The notes below the pieces were generated by a model. The model saw nothing but the letters and a program-made list of their open reading frames with translations, made no database searches and was not told where the DNA came from. From Nemertoderma westbladi (lineage: Eukaryota > Animalia > Xenacoelomorpha), in NCBI GenBank assembly GCA_032718475.1, contig JAUCBJ010004684.1:1-62089 (forward strand): a stretch of DNA of 62,089 nucleotides, written 5' to 3'. How positions within the stretch are numbered: the stretch's first letter is position 1; every line of letters begins with the position of its first letter. This document shows positions 1 through 15,000 of this stretch, piece by piece. The translations under genes were made by a program, and so were the position numbers.

Positions 1-14
1 TAAGAGTTAGAGGG

Positions 15-66
15 AGTACTCTGCGTTGATACCACTGCTTAAGCAGTGGTATCAACGCAGAGTACT
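15..66. other. Library adapter contamination: head-to-head pair of the SMART/ISPCR (PacBio ultra-low-input amplification) adapter AAGCAGTGGTATCAACGCAGAGTACT
   Basis: 41-66 is AAGCAGTGGTATCAACGCAGAGTACT and 15-40 is its exact reverse complement, giving a perfect 52-bp palindrome at the window start. Confidence 0.97.
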
Positions 67-3000
67 AGTTATAAATATTAGCTGGTTTATTAAGTATTAG
101 CTTGTTTAGTCAATTTTAGCCGGTTTTAGTAAATATTAGCTGGTTTAGTAAATATTAGCTGGTTTAGTAAATATTAGCTGGTTTAGTAAATATTAGCTGG
201 TTTAGTAAATATTAGCTGGGTTCTTAAATATTAGCTGGGTTAGTAAATATTAGCTTGTTTAGTAAATATTATCTGGGTGAGTAAATATTAGCTGAGTTAG
301 TAAATATTAGCTGGGTTAGTAAATATTAGCTGGGTTAGTAAATATTGGCTGGATTAGTAAATATTAGCTTGGTTGGTAAATATTTGCTAGGTTAATAAAT
401 ATTAGCTGGGTTAGTAAATATTAGCTGGGTTAGTAAATATTAGCTGGGTTAGTAAATATTACCTGGGTTAGTAAATATTAGCTGCTTTAGTAAATATTAG
501 CTGGGTTAGTAAATATTAGCTGGGTTAGTAAATATTAGCTGGGTTCGTAAATATTAGCTAGGTTAGTAAATATTAGCTGGTTTAGTAAATATTAGCTGAG
601 TTAGTAAATATTAGTTGGTTTAGTAAATATTAGCTGGATTAGTAAATATTAGTTGGTTTAGTAATTATTAGCTGAGTTAGTAAGTATTTGCTGGGTTAGT
701 AAAATTAGCCGCGTTAGTAAATATTAGCTGGTTTAGTAAATCTTAGCTGGGTTCTTAAATATTAGCTGGGTTAGTAAATATTAGCTGGGTGAGTAAATAT
801 TAGCTGGTTTAGTAAATCTTAGCTGGGTTCTTAAATATTAGCTTGTTTAGTAAATATTAGCTGGGTTTGTAAATATTAACTTCGAGTTATTAAATATTAG
901 CTGGGTTAGTAAATATTAGCTGGTTTAGTAAATATTAGCTGGTTTAGTAAATATTAGCTGGTTTAGTAAATCTTAGCTGGGTTAGTAAATATTAGCTGGG
1001 TTAGTAAATATTAGCTGGTTTAGTAAATATTAGCTGGGTTCTTAAATATTAGCTGGGTTAGTAAATATTAGCTTGTTTAGTAAATATTAGCTGGGTTTGT
1101 AAATATTAACTTCGAGTTATTAAATATTAGCTGGGTTAGTAAATATTAGCTGGTTTAGTAAATATTAGCTGGTTTAGTAAATATTAGCTGGTTTAGTAAA
1201 TCTTAGCTGGGTTAGTAAATATTAGCTGGGTTTGTAAATATTAGCTGGGTTAGTAAATATTAGCTGGGTTAGTAAATATTAGCTGGGTTAGTAAATATTA
1301 GCTGGATTAGTAAATATTAGTTGGGTTAGTAAATATTAGCTGATATTACCTGGATTAGTAAATATTAGTTTGGTTGGTAAATATTAGCTGTGTTAGTAAA
1401 TATTAGCTGGGTTAGTAAATTTTAGCTGGGTTAGTAAATATTAGCGGGGTTCGTAAATATTAGCTGAGTTAGTAAATATTAGCTGGTTTAGTAAATATTA
1501 GCTGGTTTAGTAAATATTAGCTGGTTTAGTAAATCTTAGCTGGGTTAGTAAATATTAGCTGGGTTTGTAAATATTAGCTGGGTTAGTAAATATTAGCTGG
1601 GTTAGTAAATATTAGCTGGGTTAGTAAATATTAGCTGGATTAGTAAATATTAGTTGGGTTAGTAAATATTAGCTGATATTACCTGGATTAGTAAATATTA
1701 GTTTGGTTGGTAAATATTAGCTGTGTTAGTAAATATTAGCTGGGTTAGTAAATTTTAGCTGGGTTAGTAAATATTAGCGGGGTTCGTAAATATTAGCTGA
1801 GTTAGTAAATATTAGCTGGTTTAGTAAATATTAGCTGGGTTAGTAAATATTAGCTGATATTACCTGGATTAGTAAATATTAGTTTGGTTGGTAAATATTA
1901 GCTGTGTTAGTAAATATTTGCTGTGTTAGTAAATATTAGCTGGGTTAGTAAATATTAGCTGGTTTAGTAAATCTTAGCTGGGTTAGAAAATATTAGCTGG
2001 GTTCGTAAATATTAGCTGGGTTAGTAAATATTAGCTGGGTTAGTAAATATTAGCTACGTTAGTAAATATTAGCTGGGTTAGTAAATATTAGCTACGTTAG
2101 TAAATATTAGCTGGGTTAGTAAAATTAGCCGGGTTAGTAAATATTAGCTGGTTTAGTAAATCTTAGCTGGGTTAGAAAATATTAGCTGGGTTCGTAAATA
2201 TTAGCTGGGTTAGTAAATATTAGCTGGGTTAGTAAATATTAGCTACGTTAGTAAATATTAGCTGGGTTAGTAAATATTAGCTACGTTAGTAAATATTAGC
2301 TGGGTTAGTAAAATTAGCCGGGTTAGTAAATATTAGCTGGATTAGTAAATATTAGTTTGGTTGGTAAATATTAGCTGTGTTAGTAAATATTAGCTGGGTT
2401 AGTAAATATTAGCGGGGTTCGTAAATATTAGCTACGTTAGTAAATATTACCTGGGTTAGTAAATATTAGCTGCTTTAGTAAATATTAGCTGGGTTAGTAA
2501 ATATTAGCTGGGTTAGTAAATATTAGCTGGGTTCGTAAATATTAGCTGAGTTAGTAAATATTAGCTACGTTAGTAAATATTAGCTGGGTTAGTAAATATT
2601 AGCTACGTTAGTAAATATTAGCTGGGATAGTAAATATTAGCTACGTTAGTAAATATTAGCTGGGTTAGTAAAATTAGCCGGGTTAGTAAATATTAGCTGG
2701 TTTAGTAAATCTTAGCTGGGTTCTTAAATATTAGCTGGGTTAGTAAATATTAGCTGGGATAGTAAATATTAGTTGGTTTAGTAAATATTAGCTGGATTAG
2801 TAAATATTAGTTGGTTTAGTAATTATTAGCTGAGTTAGTAAGTATTAGCTGGGTTAGTAAAATTAGCCGGGTTAGTAAATATTAGCTGGTTTAGTAAATC
2901 TTAGCTGGGTTTGTAAATATTAACTGGGTTAGTAAATATTAGCTGGGTTAGTAAATATTAGTTGGTTTAGTAAATATTAGCTGGATTAGTAAATATTAGT

Positions 3001-6000
3001 TGGTTTAGTAATTATTAGCTGAGTTAGTAAGTATTTGCTGGGTTAGTAAAATTAGCCGCGTTAGTAAATATTAGCTGGTTTAGTAAATCTTAGCTGGGTT
3101 CTTAAATATTAGCTGGGTTAGTAAATATTAGCTTGTTTAGTAAATATTAGCTGGGTTTGTAAATATTAACTTCGAGTTATTAAATATTAGCTGGGTTAGT
3201 AAATATTAGCTGGTTTAGTAAATATTAGCTGTGATAGTAAATATTAGTTGGTTTAGTAAATATTAGCTGGGTTCTTAAATATTAGCTGGGTTAGTAAATA
3301 TTAGCTTGTTTAGTAAATATTAGCTGGGTTTGTAAATATTAGCTTTGAGTTATTAAATATTACCTGGGTTAGTAAATATTAGCTGGTTTAGTAAAATTAG
3401 CCGCGTTAGTAAATATTAGCTGGTTTAGTAAATATTAGCTGGGTTCTTAAATATTAGCTGGGTTAGTAAATATTAGCTTGTTTAGTAAATATTAGCTTGT
3501 TTAGTGTTCGTAAATATTAGCTGGGTTAGTAAATATTAGCTGGTTTAGTAAATATTAGCTGGTTTAGTAAAATTAGCCGCGTTAGTAAATATTAGCTGGT
3601 TTAGTAAATATTAGCTGGGTTCTTAAATATTAGCTGGGTTAGTAAATATTAGCTTGTTTAGTAAATATTAGCTTGGTTTGTAAATATTAGCTTTGAGTTA
3701 TTAAATATTACCTGGGTTAGTAAATATTAGCTGGTTTAGTAAATATTAGCTGGTTTAGTAAATCTTAGCTGGGTTAGTAAATATTAGCTGGGTTAGTAAA
3801 TATTAGCTTGTTTAGTAAATATTAGCTTGTTTAGTGTTCGTAAATATTAGCTGGGTTAGTAAATATTAGCTGGGTTAGTAAATATTAGCTGGGTTAGTAA
3901 ATATTAGCTACGTTAGTAAATATTAGCTGGGTTAGTAAATATTAGCTACGTTAGTAAATATTAGCTGGGTTAGTAAAATTAGCCGGGTTAGTAAATATTA
4001 GCTGGATTAGTAAATATTAGTTTGGTTGGTAAATATTAGCTGTGTTAGTAAATATTAGCTGGGTTAGTAAATATTAGCGGGGTTCGTAAATATTAGCTAC
4101 GTTAGTAAATATTACCTGGGTTAGTAAATATTAGCTGCTTTAGTAAATATTAGCTGGGTTAGTAAATATTAGCTGGGTTAGTAAATATTAGCTGGGTTCT
4201 TAAATATTAGCTGGGTTAGTAAATATTAGCTTGTTTAGTAAATATTAGCTTGGTTTGTAAATATTAGCTTTGAGTTATTAAATATTACCTGGGTTAGTAA
4301 ATATTAGCTGGTTTAGTAAATATTAGCTGGTTTAGTAAATCTTAGCTGGGTTAGTAAATATTAGCTGGGTTAGTAAATATTAGCTTGTTTAGTAAATATT
4401 AGCTTGTTTAGTGTTCGTAAATATTAGCTGGGTTAGTAAATATTACCTGGGTTAGTAAATATTAGCTGGTTTAGTAAAATTAGCCGCGTTAGTAAATATT
4501 AGCTGGTTTAGTAAATATTAGCTGGGTTCTTAAATATTAGCTGGGTTAGTAAATATTAGCTTGTTTAGTAAATATTAGCTTGGTTTGTAAATATTAGCTT
4601 TGAGTTATTAAATATTACCTGGGTTAGTAAATATTAGCTGGTTTAGTAAATATTAGCTGGTTTAGTAAATCTTAGCTGGGTTAGTAAATATTAGCTGGGT
4701 TAGTAAATATTAGCTGGTTTAGTAAATCTTAGCTGGGTTCTTAAATATTAGCTGGGTTAGTAAATATTAGCTTGTTTAGTAAATATTAGCTGGGTTTGTA
4801 AATATTAACTTCGAGTTATTAAATATTAGCTGGGTTAGTAAATATTAGCTGGTTTAGTAAATATTAGCTGGTTTAGTAAATATTAGCTGGTTTAGTAAAT
4901 CTTAGCTGGGTTAGTAAATATTAGCTGGGTTTGTAAATATTAGCTGGGTTAGTAAATATTAGCTGGGTTCGTAAATATTAGCTGGGTTTGTAAATATTAG
5001 CTGGGTTAGTAAATATTAGCGGGGTTCGTAAATATTAGCTGGGTTCGTAAATATTAGTTTGGTTGGTAAATATTAGCTGGGTTAGTAAATATTAGCTGGT
5101 TTAGTAAATCTTAGCTGGGTTCTTAAATATTAGCTGGGTTAGTAAATATTAGCTTGTTTAGTAAATATTAGCTGGGTTTGTAAATATTAACTTCGAGTTA
5201 TTAAATATTAGCTGGGTTAGTAAATATTAGCTGGTTTAGTAAATATTAGCTGGTTTAGTAAATATTAGCTGGTTTAGTAAATCTTAGCTGGGTTAGTAAA
5301 TATTAGCTGGGTTTGTAAATATTAGCTGGGTTAGTAAATATTAGCTGGGTTAGTAAATATTAGCGGGGTTCGTAAATATTAGCTGGGTTCGTAAATATTA
5401 GTTTGGTTGGTAAATATTAGCTGGTTTAGTAAATATTAGCTGGTTTAGTAAATATTAGCTGGTTTAGTAAATCTTAGCTGGGTTAGTAAATATTAGCTGG
5501 GTTTGTAAATATTAGCTGGGTTAGTAAATATTAGCTGGGTTCGTAAATATTAGCTGGGTTTGTAAATATTAGCTGGGTTAGTAAATATTAGCGGGGTTCG
5601 TAAATATTAGCTGGGTTCGTAAATATTAGTTTGGTTGGTAAATATTAGCTGGGTTAGTAAATATTAGCTGGGTTCGTAAATATTAGCTGGGTTTGTAAAT
5701 ATTAGCTGGGTTAGTAAATATTAGCTGGGTTCGTAAATATTAGTTTGGTTAGTAAATATTAGGTGGTTTAGTAAATATTAGCTGAGTTAGTAAGTATTAG
5801 CTGGTTTAGTAAATATTAGCTGTGATAGTAAATATTAGTTGGTTTAGTAAATATTATCTGGGTTCTTAAATATTAGCTGGGTTAGTAAATATTAGCTTGT
5901 TTAGTAAATATTAGCTGGGTTTGTAAATATTAGCTTTGAGTTATTAAATATTACCTGGGTTAGTAAATATTAGCTGGTTTAGTAAAATTAGCCGCGTTAG

Positions 6001-9000
6001 TAAATATTAGCTGGTTTAGTAAATCTTAGCTGGGTTCTTAAATATTAGCTGGGTTAGTAAATATTAGCTTGTTTAGTAAATATTAGCTGGGTTTGTAAAT
6101 ATTAACTTCGAGTTATTAAATATTAGCTGGGTTAGTAAATATTAGCTGGTTTAGTAAATATTAGCTGTGATAGTAAATATTAGTTGGTTTAGTAAATATT
6201 AGCTGGGTTCTTAAATATTAGCTGGGTTAGTAAATATTAGCTTGTTTAGTAAATATTAGCTGGGTTTGTAAATATTAGCTTTGAGTTATTAAATATTACC
6301 TGGGTTAGTAAATATTAGCTGGTTTAGTAAAATTAGCCGCGTTAGTAAATATTAGCTGGTTTAGTAAATCTTAGCTGGGTTCTTAAATATTAGCTGGGTT
6401 AGTAAATATTAGCTTGTTTAGTAAATATTAGCTGGGTTTGTAAATATTAGCTTTGAGTTATTAAATATTACCTGGGTTAGTAAATATTAGCTGGTTTAGT
6501 AAATATTAGCTGGTTTAGTAAATCTTAGCTGGGTTAGTAAATATTAGCTGGGTTAGTAAATATTAGCTGGTTTAGTAAATCTTAGCTGGGTTAGTAAATA
6601 TTAGCTGGGTTAGTAAATATTAGCTGGGTTAGTAAATATTAGCTGGGTTAGTAAATATTAGCTGGTTTAGTAAATCTTAGCTGGGTTCTTAAATATTAGC
6701 TGGGTTAGTAAATATTAGCTTGTTTAGTAAATATTAGCTGGGTTTGTAAATATTAACTTCGAGTTATTAAATATTAGCTGGGTTAGTAAATATTAGCTGG
6801 TTTAGTAAATATTAGCTGGTTTAGTAAATATTAGCTGGTTTAGTAAATATTAGCTGGGTTAGTAAATATTAGCTGGGTTCGTAAATATTAGCTGGGTTAG
6901 TAAATATTAGCTGGGTTAGTAAATATTAGCGGGGTTCGAAAATATTAGCTGGGTTCGTAAATATTAGTTTGGTTGGTAAATATTAGCTGGATTAGTAAAT
7001 ATTAGCTGGTTTAGTAAATCTTAGCTGGGTTAGTAAATATTAGCTGGTTTAGTAAATATTAGCTGGTTTAGTAAATCTTAGCTGGGTTAGTAAATATTAG
7101 CTGGTTTAGTAAATATTAGCTGGTTTAGTAAATCTTAGCTGGGTTAGTAAATATTAGCTGGGTTCGTAAATATTAGTTTGGTTGGTAAATATTAGCTGGA
7201 TTAGTAAATATTAGCTGGTTTAGTAAATCTTAGCTGGGTTAGTAAATATTAGCTGGTTTAGTAAATCTTAGCTGGGTTAGTAAATATTAGCTGGGTTAGT
7301 AAATATTAGCTGGGTTCGTAAATATTAGCTGGGTTCGTAAATATTAGTTGGTTTAGTAAATATTAGCTGGGTTAGTAAATATTAGGTGGTTTAGTAAATA
7401 TTAGCTGGGTTAGTAAATATTAGCTGGATTAGTAAATATTAGTTTGGTTGGTAAATATTAGCTGTGTTAGTAAATATTAGGTGGTTTAGTAAATATTAGC
7501 TGGGTTAGTAAATATTAGGTGGTTTAGTAAATATTAGCTGGGTTAGTAAATATTAGGTGGTTTAGTAAATATTAGCTGGGTTAGTAAATATTAGGTGGTT
7601 TAGTAAATATTAGCTGGGTTAGTAAATATTAGGTGGTTTAGTAAATATTAGCTGGGTTAGTAAATATTAGCTGGATTAGTAAATATTAGTTTGGTTGGTA
7701 AATATTAGCTGGGTTAGTAAATATTAGGTGGTTTAGTAAATATTAGCTGGGTTAGTAAATATTAGCTGGATTAGTAAATATTAGTTTGGTTGGTAAATAT
7801 TAGCTGTGTTAGTAAATATTAGGTGGTTTAGTAAATATTAGCTGTGTTAGTAAATATTAGGTGGTTTAGTAAATATTAGCTGTGTTAGTAAATATTAGCT
7901 GGGTTAGTAAATTTTAGCTGGGTTAGTAAATATTAGCGGGGTTCGTAAATATTAGCTGAGTTAGTAAATATTAGCTGGTTTAGTAAATATTAGCTGGTTT
8001 AGTAAATATTAGCTGGTTTAGTAAATCTTAGCTGGGTTAGTAAATATTAGCTGGTTTAGTAAATCTTAGCTGGGTTAGTAAATATTAGCCGGGTTAGTAA
8101 ATATTAGCTGGATTAGTAAATATTAGTTTGGTTGGTAAATATTAGCTGTGTTAGTAAATATTTGCTGTGTTAGTAAATATTAGCTGGGTTAGTAAATATT
8201 AGCTGGTTTAGTAAATCTTAGCTGGGTTAGTAAATATTAGTTGGTTTAGTAAATATTAGCTGGGTTCTTAAATATTAGCTGGGTTAGTAAATATTAGCTG
8301 ATATTACCTGGATTAGTAAATATTAGTTTGGTTGGTAAATATTAGCTGTGTTAGTAAATATTAGCTGGGTTAGTAAATTTTAGCTGGGTTAGTAAATATT
8401 AGCGGGCTTCGTAAATATTAGCTGATATTACCTGGATTAGTAAATATTAGTTTGGTTGGTAAATATTAGCTGTGTTAGTAAATATTAGCTGGGTTAGTAA
8501 ATTTTAGCTGGGTTAGTAAATATTAGCTGGGTTAGTAAATATTAGCTGATATTACCTGGATTAGTAAATATTAGTTTGGTTGGTAAATATTAGCTGTGTT
8601 AGTAAATATTAGCTGGGTTAGTAAATTTTAGCGGGGTTCGTAAATATTAGGTGGTTTAGTAAATATTAGCTGTGTTAGTAAATATTAGCTGGGTTAGTAA
8701 ATATTAGCTGGGTTAGTAAATATTAGCTGTGTTAGTAAATATTAGCTGGGTTAGTAAATTTTAGCGGGGTTCGTAAATATTAGGTGGTTTAGTAAATATT
8801 AGCTGGGTTAGTAAATATTAGCGGGGTTCGTAAATATTAGCTACGTTAGTAAATATTACCTGGGTTAGTAAATATTACCTGGGTTAGTAAATATTAGCTG
8901 CTTTAGTAAATATTAGCTGGGTTAGTAAAATTAGCCGGGTTAGTAAATATTAGCTGGTTTAGTAAATCTTAGCTGGGTTTGTAAATATTAACTGGGTTAG

Positions 9001-12000
9001 TAAATATTAGCTGGGTTAGTAAGTATTAGCTGTGATAGTAAATATTAGTTGGTTTAGTAAATATTAGCTGGTTTAGTAAATATTAGCTGGTTTAGTAAAT
9101 ATTAGCTCGTTTAGTAAATATTAGCTGGGTTTGTAAATATTAACTTCGAGTTATTAAATATTAGCTGGTTTAGTAAATATTAGCTGGTTTAGTAAATATT
9201 AGTTGGTTTAGTAAATCTTAGCTGGGTTCTTAAATATTAGCTGGGTTAGTAAATATTAGCTGGGTTAGTAAATATTAGCTGGGTTAGTAAATATTAGCTG
9301 GTTTAGTAAATATTAGCTGGGTTAGTAAATATTTGCTGGGTTAGTAAATATTAGCTGGGTTAGTAAATATTAGCTGGGTTCGTAAATATTAGCTGGGTTA
9401 GTAAATATTAGCTGGGTTAGTAAATATTAGCTGGGTTAGTAAAATTAGCTGGGTTAGTAAATATTAGCTGGGTTAGTAAATATTAGCTGGGATAGTAAAT
9501 ATTAGTTGGTTTAGTAAATATTAGCTGGTTTAGTAAATATTAGCTGGTTTAGTAAATATTAGCTGGTTTAGTAAATATTAGCTGGTTTAGTAAATATTAG
9601 CTCGTTTAGTAAATATTAGCTGGGTTTGTAAATATTAACTTCGAGTTATTAAATATTAGCTGGGTTAGTAAATATTAGCTGGTTTAGTAAATCTTAGCTG
9701 GGTTCTTAAATATTAGCTGGGTTAGTAAATATTAGCTGGGTTAGTAAATATTAGCTGGGATAGTAAATATTAGTTGGTTTAGTAAATATTAGCTGGTTTA
9801 ATAAATATTAGCTGGTTTAGTAAATATTAGCTCGTTTAGTAAATATTAGCTGGGTTTGTAAATATTAACTTCGAGTTATTAAATATTAGCTGGGTTAGTA
9901 AATATTAGCTGGTTTAGTAAATCTTAGCTGGGATAGTAAATATTAGGTGGTTTAGTAAATATTAGCTGGTTTAGTAAATATTAGCTGGGTTAGTAATTAT
10001 TAGCTGGGTTAGTAAATATTAGCTGGGTTAGTAAATATTAGCTGGGTTAGTAAATATTAGCTGGGTTCGTAAATCTTAGCTGGGATAGTAAATATTAGGT
10101 GGTTTAGTAAATATTAGCTGGGTTAGTAAATATTAGGTGGTTTAGTAAATATTAGCTGGTTTAGTAAATATTAGGTGGTTTAGTAAATATTAGGTGGTTT
10201 AGTAAATATTAGCTGGGTTAGTAATTATTAGCTGAGTTAGTAAATATTAGTTGGTTTAGTAAATATTAGCTGGATTAGTAAATATTAGCTGGTTTAGTAA
10301 ATCTTAGCTGGGTTAGTAAATATTAGCTGGGTTAGTAATTATTAGCTGAGTTAGTAAATATTAGTTGGTTTAGTAAATATTAGCTGGATTAGTAAATATT
10401 AGCTGGTTTAGTAAATCTTAGCTGGGTTAGTAAATATTAGCTGGTTTAGTAAATCTTAGCTGGGTTAGTAAATATTAGCTGGGTTAGTAAAATTAGCCGG
10501 GTTAGTAAATATTAGCTGGTTTAGTAAATATTAGCTGAGTTAGTAAATATTAGTTGGTTTAGTAAATATTAGCTGGATTAGTAAATATTAGCTGGTTTAG
10601 TAAATCTTAGCTGGGTTAGTAAATATTAGCTGGGTTAGTAATTATTAGCTGAGTTAGTAAATATTAGTTGGTTTAGTAAATATTAGCTGGATTAGTAAAT
10701 ATTAGCTGGTTTAGTAAATCTTAGCTGGGTTAGTAAATATTAGCTGGGTTAGTAAAATTAGCCGGGTTAGTAAATATTAGCTGGTTTAGTAAATATTAGC
10801 TGAGTTAGTAAATATTAGCTGGATTAGTAAATATTAGCTGGGTTAGTAAATATTAGGTGGTTTAGTAAATATTAGCTGGTTTAGTAAATATTAGGTGGTT
10901 TAGTAAATATTAGCTGGTTTAGTAAATATTAGCTGGGTTAGTAATTATTAGCTGAGTTAGTAAATATTAGTTGGTTTAGTAAATATTAGCTGGATTAGTA
11001 AATATTAGCTGGTTTAGTAAATCTTAGCTGGGTTAGTAAATATTAGCTGGTTTAGTAAATATTAGGTGGTTTAGTAAATATTAGCTGGGTTAGTAATTAT
11101 TAGCTGAGTTAGTAAATATTAGTTGGTTTAGTAAATATTAGCTGGATTAGTAAATATTAGCTGGTTTAGTAAATCTTAGCTGGGTTAGTAAATATTAACT
11201 GGGTTAGTAATTATTAGCTGAGTTAGTAAATATTAGTTGGTTTAGTAAATATTAGCTGGATTAGTAAATATTAGCTGGTTTAGTAAATCTTAGCTGGGTT
11301 AGTAAATATTAGCTGGGTTAGTAAAATTAGCCGGGTTAGTAAATATTAGCTGGTTTAGTAAATATTAGCTGAGTTAGTAAATATTAGTTGGTTTAGTAAA
11401 TATTAGCTGGATTAGTAAATATTAGCTGGTTTAGTAAATCTTAGCTGGGTTAGTAAATATTAGCTGGGTTAGTAATTATTAGCTGAGTTAGTAAATATTA
11501 GTTGGTTTAGTAAATATTAGCTGGATTAGTAAATATTAGCTGGTTTAGTAAATCTTAGCTGGGTTAGTAAATATTAGCTGGGTTAGTAAAATTAGCCGGG
11601 TTAGTAAATATTAGCTGGTTTAGTAAATATTAGCTGAGTTAGTAAATATTAGGTGGTTTAGTAAATATTAGCTGGGTTAGTAAATATTAGGTGGTTTAGT
11701 AAATATTAGCTGGTTTAGTAAATATTAGGTGGTTTAGTAAATATTAGCTGGTTTAGTAAATATTAGCTGGGTTAGTAATTATTAGCTGAGTTAGTAAATA
11801 TTAGTTGGTTTAGTAAATATTAGCTGGATTAGTAAATATTAGCTGGGATAGTAAATATTAGGTGGTTTAGTAAATATTAGCTGGGTTAGTAAATATTAGG
11901 TGGTTTAGTAAATATTAGCTGGTTTAGTAAATATTAGCTGGGTTAGTAATTATTAGCTGAGTTAGTAAATATTAGTTGGTTTAGTAAATATTAGCTGGAT

Positions 12001-15000
12001 TAGTAAATATTAGCTGGTTTAGTAAATCTTAGCTGGGTTAGTAAATATTAGCTGGTTTAGTAAATATTAGGTGGTTTAGTAAATATTAGCTGGGTTAGTA
12101 ATTATTAGCTGAGTTAGTAAATATTAGTTGGTTTAGTAAATATTAGCTGGATTAGTAAATATTAGCTGGTTTAGTAAATCTTAGCTGGGTTAGTAAATAT
12201 TAGCTGGGTTAGTAAAATTAGCCGGGTTAGTAAATATTAGCTGGTTTAGTAAATATTAGCTGAGTTAGTAAATATTAGTTGGTTTAGTAAATATTAGCTG
12301 GATTAGTAAATATTAGCTGGTTTAGTAAATCTTAGCTGGGTTAGTAAATATTAGCTGGGTTAGTAATTATTAGCTGAGTTAGTAAATATTAGTTGGTTTA
12401 GTAAATATTAGCTGGATTAGTAAATATTAGCTGGTTTAGTAAATCTTAGCTGGGTTAGTAAATATTAGCTGGGTTAGTAAAATTAGCCGGGTTAGTAAAT
12501 ATTAGCTGGTTTAGTAAATATTAGCTGAGTTAGTAAATATTAGGTGGTTTAGTAAATATTAGCTGGGTTAGTAAATATTAGGTGGTTTAGTAAATATTAG
12601 CTGGTTTAGTAAATATTAGGTGGTTTAGTAAATATTAGCTGGTTTAGTAAATATTAGCTGGGTTAGTAATTATTAGCTGAGTTAGTAAATATTAGTTGGT
12701 TTAGTAAATATTAGCTGGATTAGTAAATATTAGCTGGTTTAGTAAATCTTAGCTGGGTTAGTAAATATTAGCTGGTTTAGTAAATATTAGGTGGTTTAGT
12801 AAATATTAGCTGGGTTAGTAATTATTAGCTGAGTTAGTAAATATTAGTTGGTTTAGTAAATATTAGCTGGATTAGTAAATATTAGCTGGTTTAGTAAATC
12901 TTAGCTGGGTTAGTAAATATTAACTGGGTTAGTAATTATTAGCTGAGTTAGTAAATATTAGTTGGTTTAGTAAATATTAGCTGGATTAGTAAATATTAGC
13001 TGGTTTAGTAAATCTTAGCTGGGTTAGTAAATATTAGCTGGGTTAGTAAAATTAGCCGGGTTAGTAAATATTAGCTGGTTTAGTAAATATTAGCTGAGTT
13101 AGTAAATATTAGTTGGTTTAGTAAATATTAGCTGGATTAGTAAATATTAGCTGGTTTAGTAAATCTTAGCTGGGTTAGTAAATATTAGCTGGGTTAGTAA
13201 TTATTAGCTGAGTTAGTAAATATTAGTTGGTTTAGTAAATATTAGCTGGATTAGTAAATATTAGCTGGTTTAGTAAATCTTAGCTGGGTTAGTAAATATT
13301 AGCTGGGTTAGTAAAATTAGCCGGGTTAGTAAATATTAGCTGGTTTAGTAAATATTAGCTGAGTTAGTAAATATTAGGTGGTTTAGTAAATATTAGCTGG
13401 GTTAGTAAATATTAGGTGGTTTAGTAAATATTAGCTGGTTTAGTAAATATTAGGTGGTTTAGTAAATATTAGCTGGTTTAGTAAATATTAGCTGGGTTAG
13501 TAATTATTAGCTGAGTTAGTAAATATTAGTTGGTTTAGTAAATATTAGCTGGATTAGTAAATATTAGCTGGTTTAGTAAATCTTAGCTGGGTTAGTAAAT
13601 ATTAGCTGGGTTAGTAAAATTAGCCGGGTTAGTAAATATTAGCTGGTTTAGTAAATATTAGCTGAGTTAGTAAATATTAGTTGGTTTAGTAAATATTAGC
13701 TGGATTAGTAAATATTAGTTGGTTTAGTAATTATTAGCTGAGTTAGTAAGTATTAGCTGGGTTAGTAAAATTTGCCGGGTTAGTAAATATTAGCTGGTTT
13801 AGTAAATATTAGCTGAGTTAGTAAATATTAGTTGGTTTAGTAAATATTAGCTGGGTTAGTAATTATTAGCTGGGTTAGTAAATATTAGCTGGGTTAGTAA
13901 AATTAGCCGGGTTAGTAAATATTAGCTGGTTTAGTAAATCTTAGCTGGGTTCTTAAATATTAGCTGGGTTAGTAAATATTAGCTGGGTTAGTAAATATTA
14001 GCTGGGATAGTAAATATTAGTTGGTTTAGTAAATATTAGCTGGTTTAGTAAATATTAGCTGGTTTAGTAAATATTAGCTCGTTTAGTAAATATTAGCTGG
14101 ATTAGTAAATATTAGCTGGGTTTGTAAATATTAACTGGGTTAGTAAATATTAGCTGGTTTAGTAAATATTAGCTGAGTTAGTAAATATTAGTTGGTTTAG
14201 TAAATATTAGCTGGATTAGTAAATATTAGTTGGTTTAGTAATTATTAGCTGAGTTAGTAAGTATTAGCTGGGTTAGTAAAATTAGCCGGGTTAGTAAATA
14301 TTAGCTGGTTTAGTAAATCTTAGCTGGGTTCTTAAATATTAGCTGGGTTAGTAAATATTAGCTGGGTTAGTAAATATTAGCTGGGATAGTAAATATTAGT
14401 TGGTTTAGTAAATATTAGCTGGTTTAGTAAATATTAGCTGGTTTAGTAAATATTAGCTCGTTTAGTAAATATTAGCTGGGTTTGTAAATATTAACTTCGA
14501 GTTATTAAATATTAGCTGGGTTAGTAAATATTAGCTGGTTTAGTAAATCTTAGCTGGGATAGTAAATATTAGGTGGTTTAGTAAATATTAGCTGGTTTAG
14601 TAAATATTAGCTGGGTTAGTAATTATTAGCTGGGTTAGTAAATATTAGCTGGGTTAGTAAATATTAGCTGGGTTAGTAAATATTAGTTGGTTTAGTAATT
14701 ATTAGCTGGGTTAGTAAATATTAGCTGGGTTAGTAAATATTAGCTGGGTTAGTAAATATTAGCTGGGTTCGTAAATCTTAGCTGGGATAGTAAATATTAG
14801 GTGGTTTAGTAAATATTAGCTGGGTTAGTAAATATTAGCTGGTTTAGTAAATCTTAGCTGGGATAGTAAATATTAGGTGGTTTAGTAAATATTAGCTGGG
14901 TTAGTAAAATTAGCCGGGTTAGTAAATATTAGCTGGTTTAGTAAATCTTAGCTGGGTTAGTAAATATTAGCTGGGTTAGTAAATATTAGTTGGTTTAGTA

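Noticed and set aside
15-66. Perfect 52-bp palindrome as a biological hairpin or telomere-resolution site
   Set aside because: It is an exact match to a synthetic library adapter and its reverse complement.
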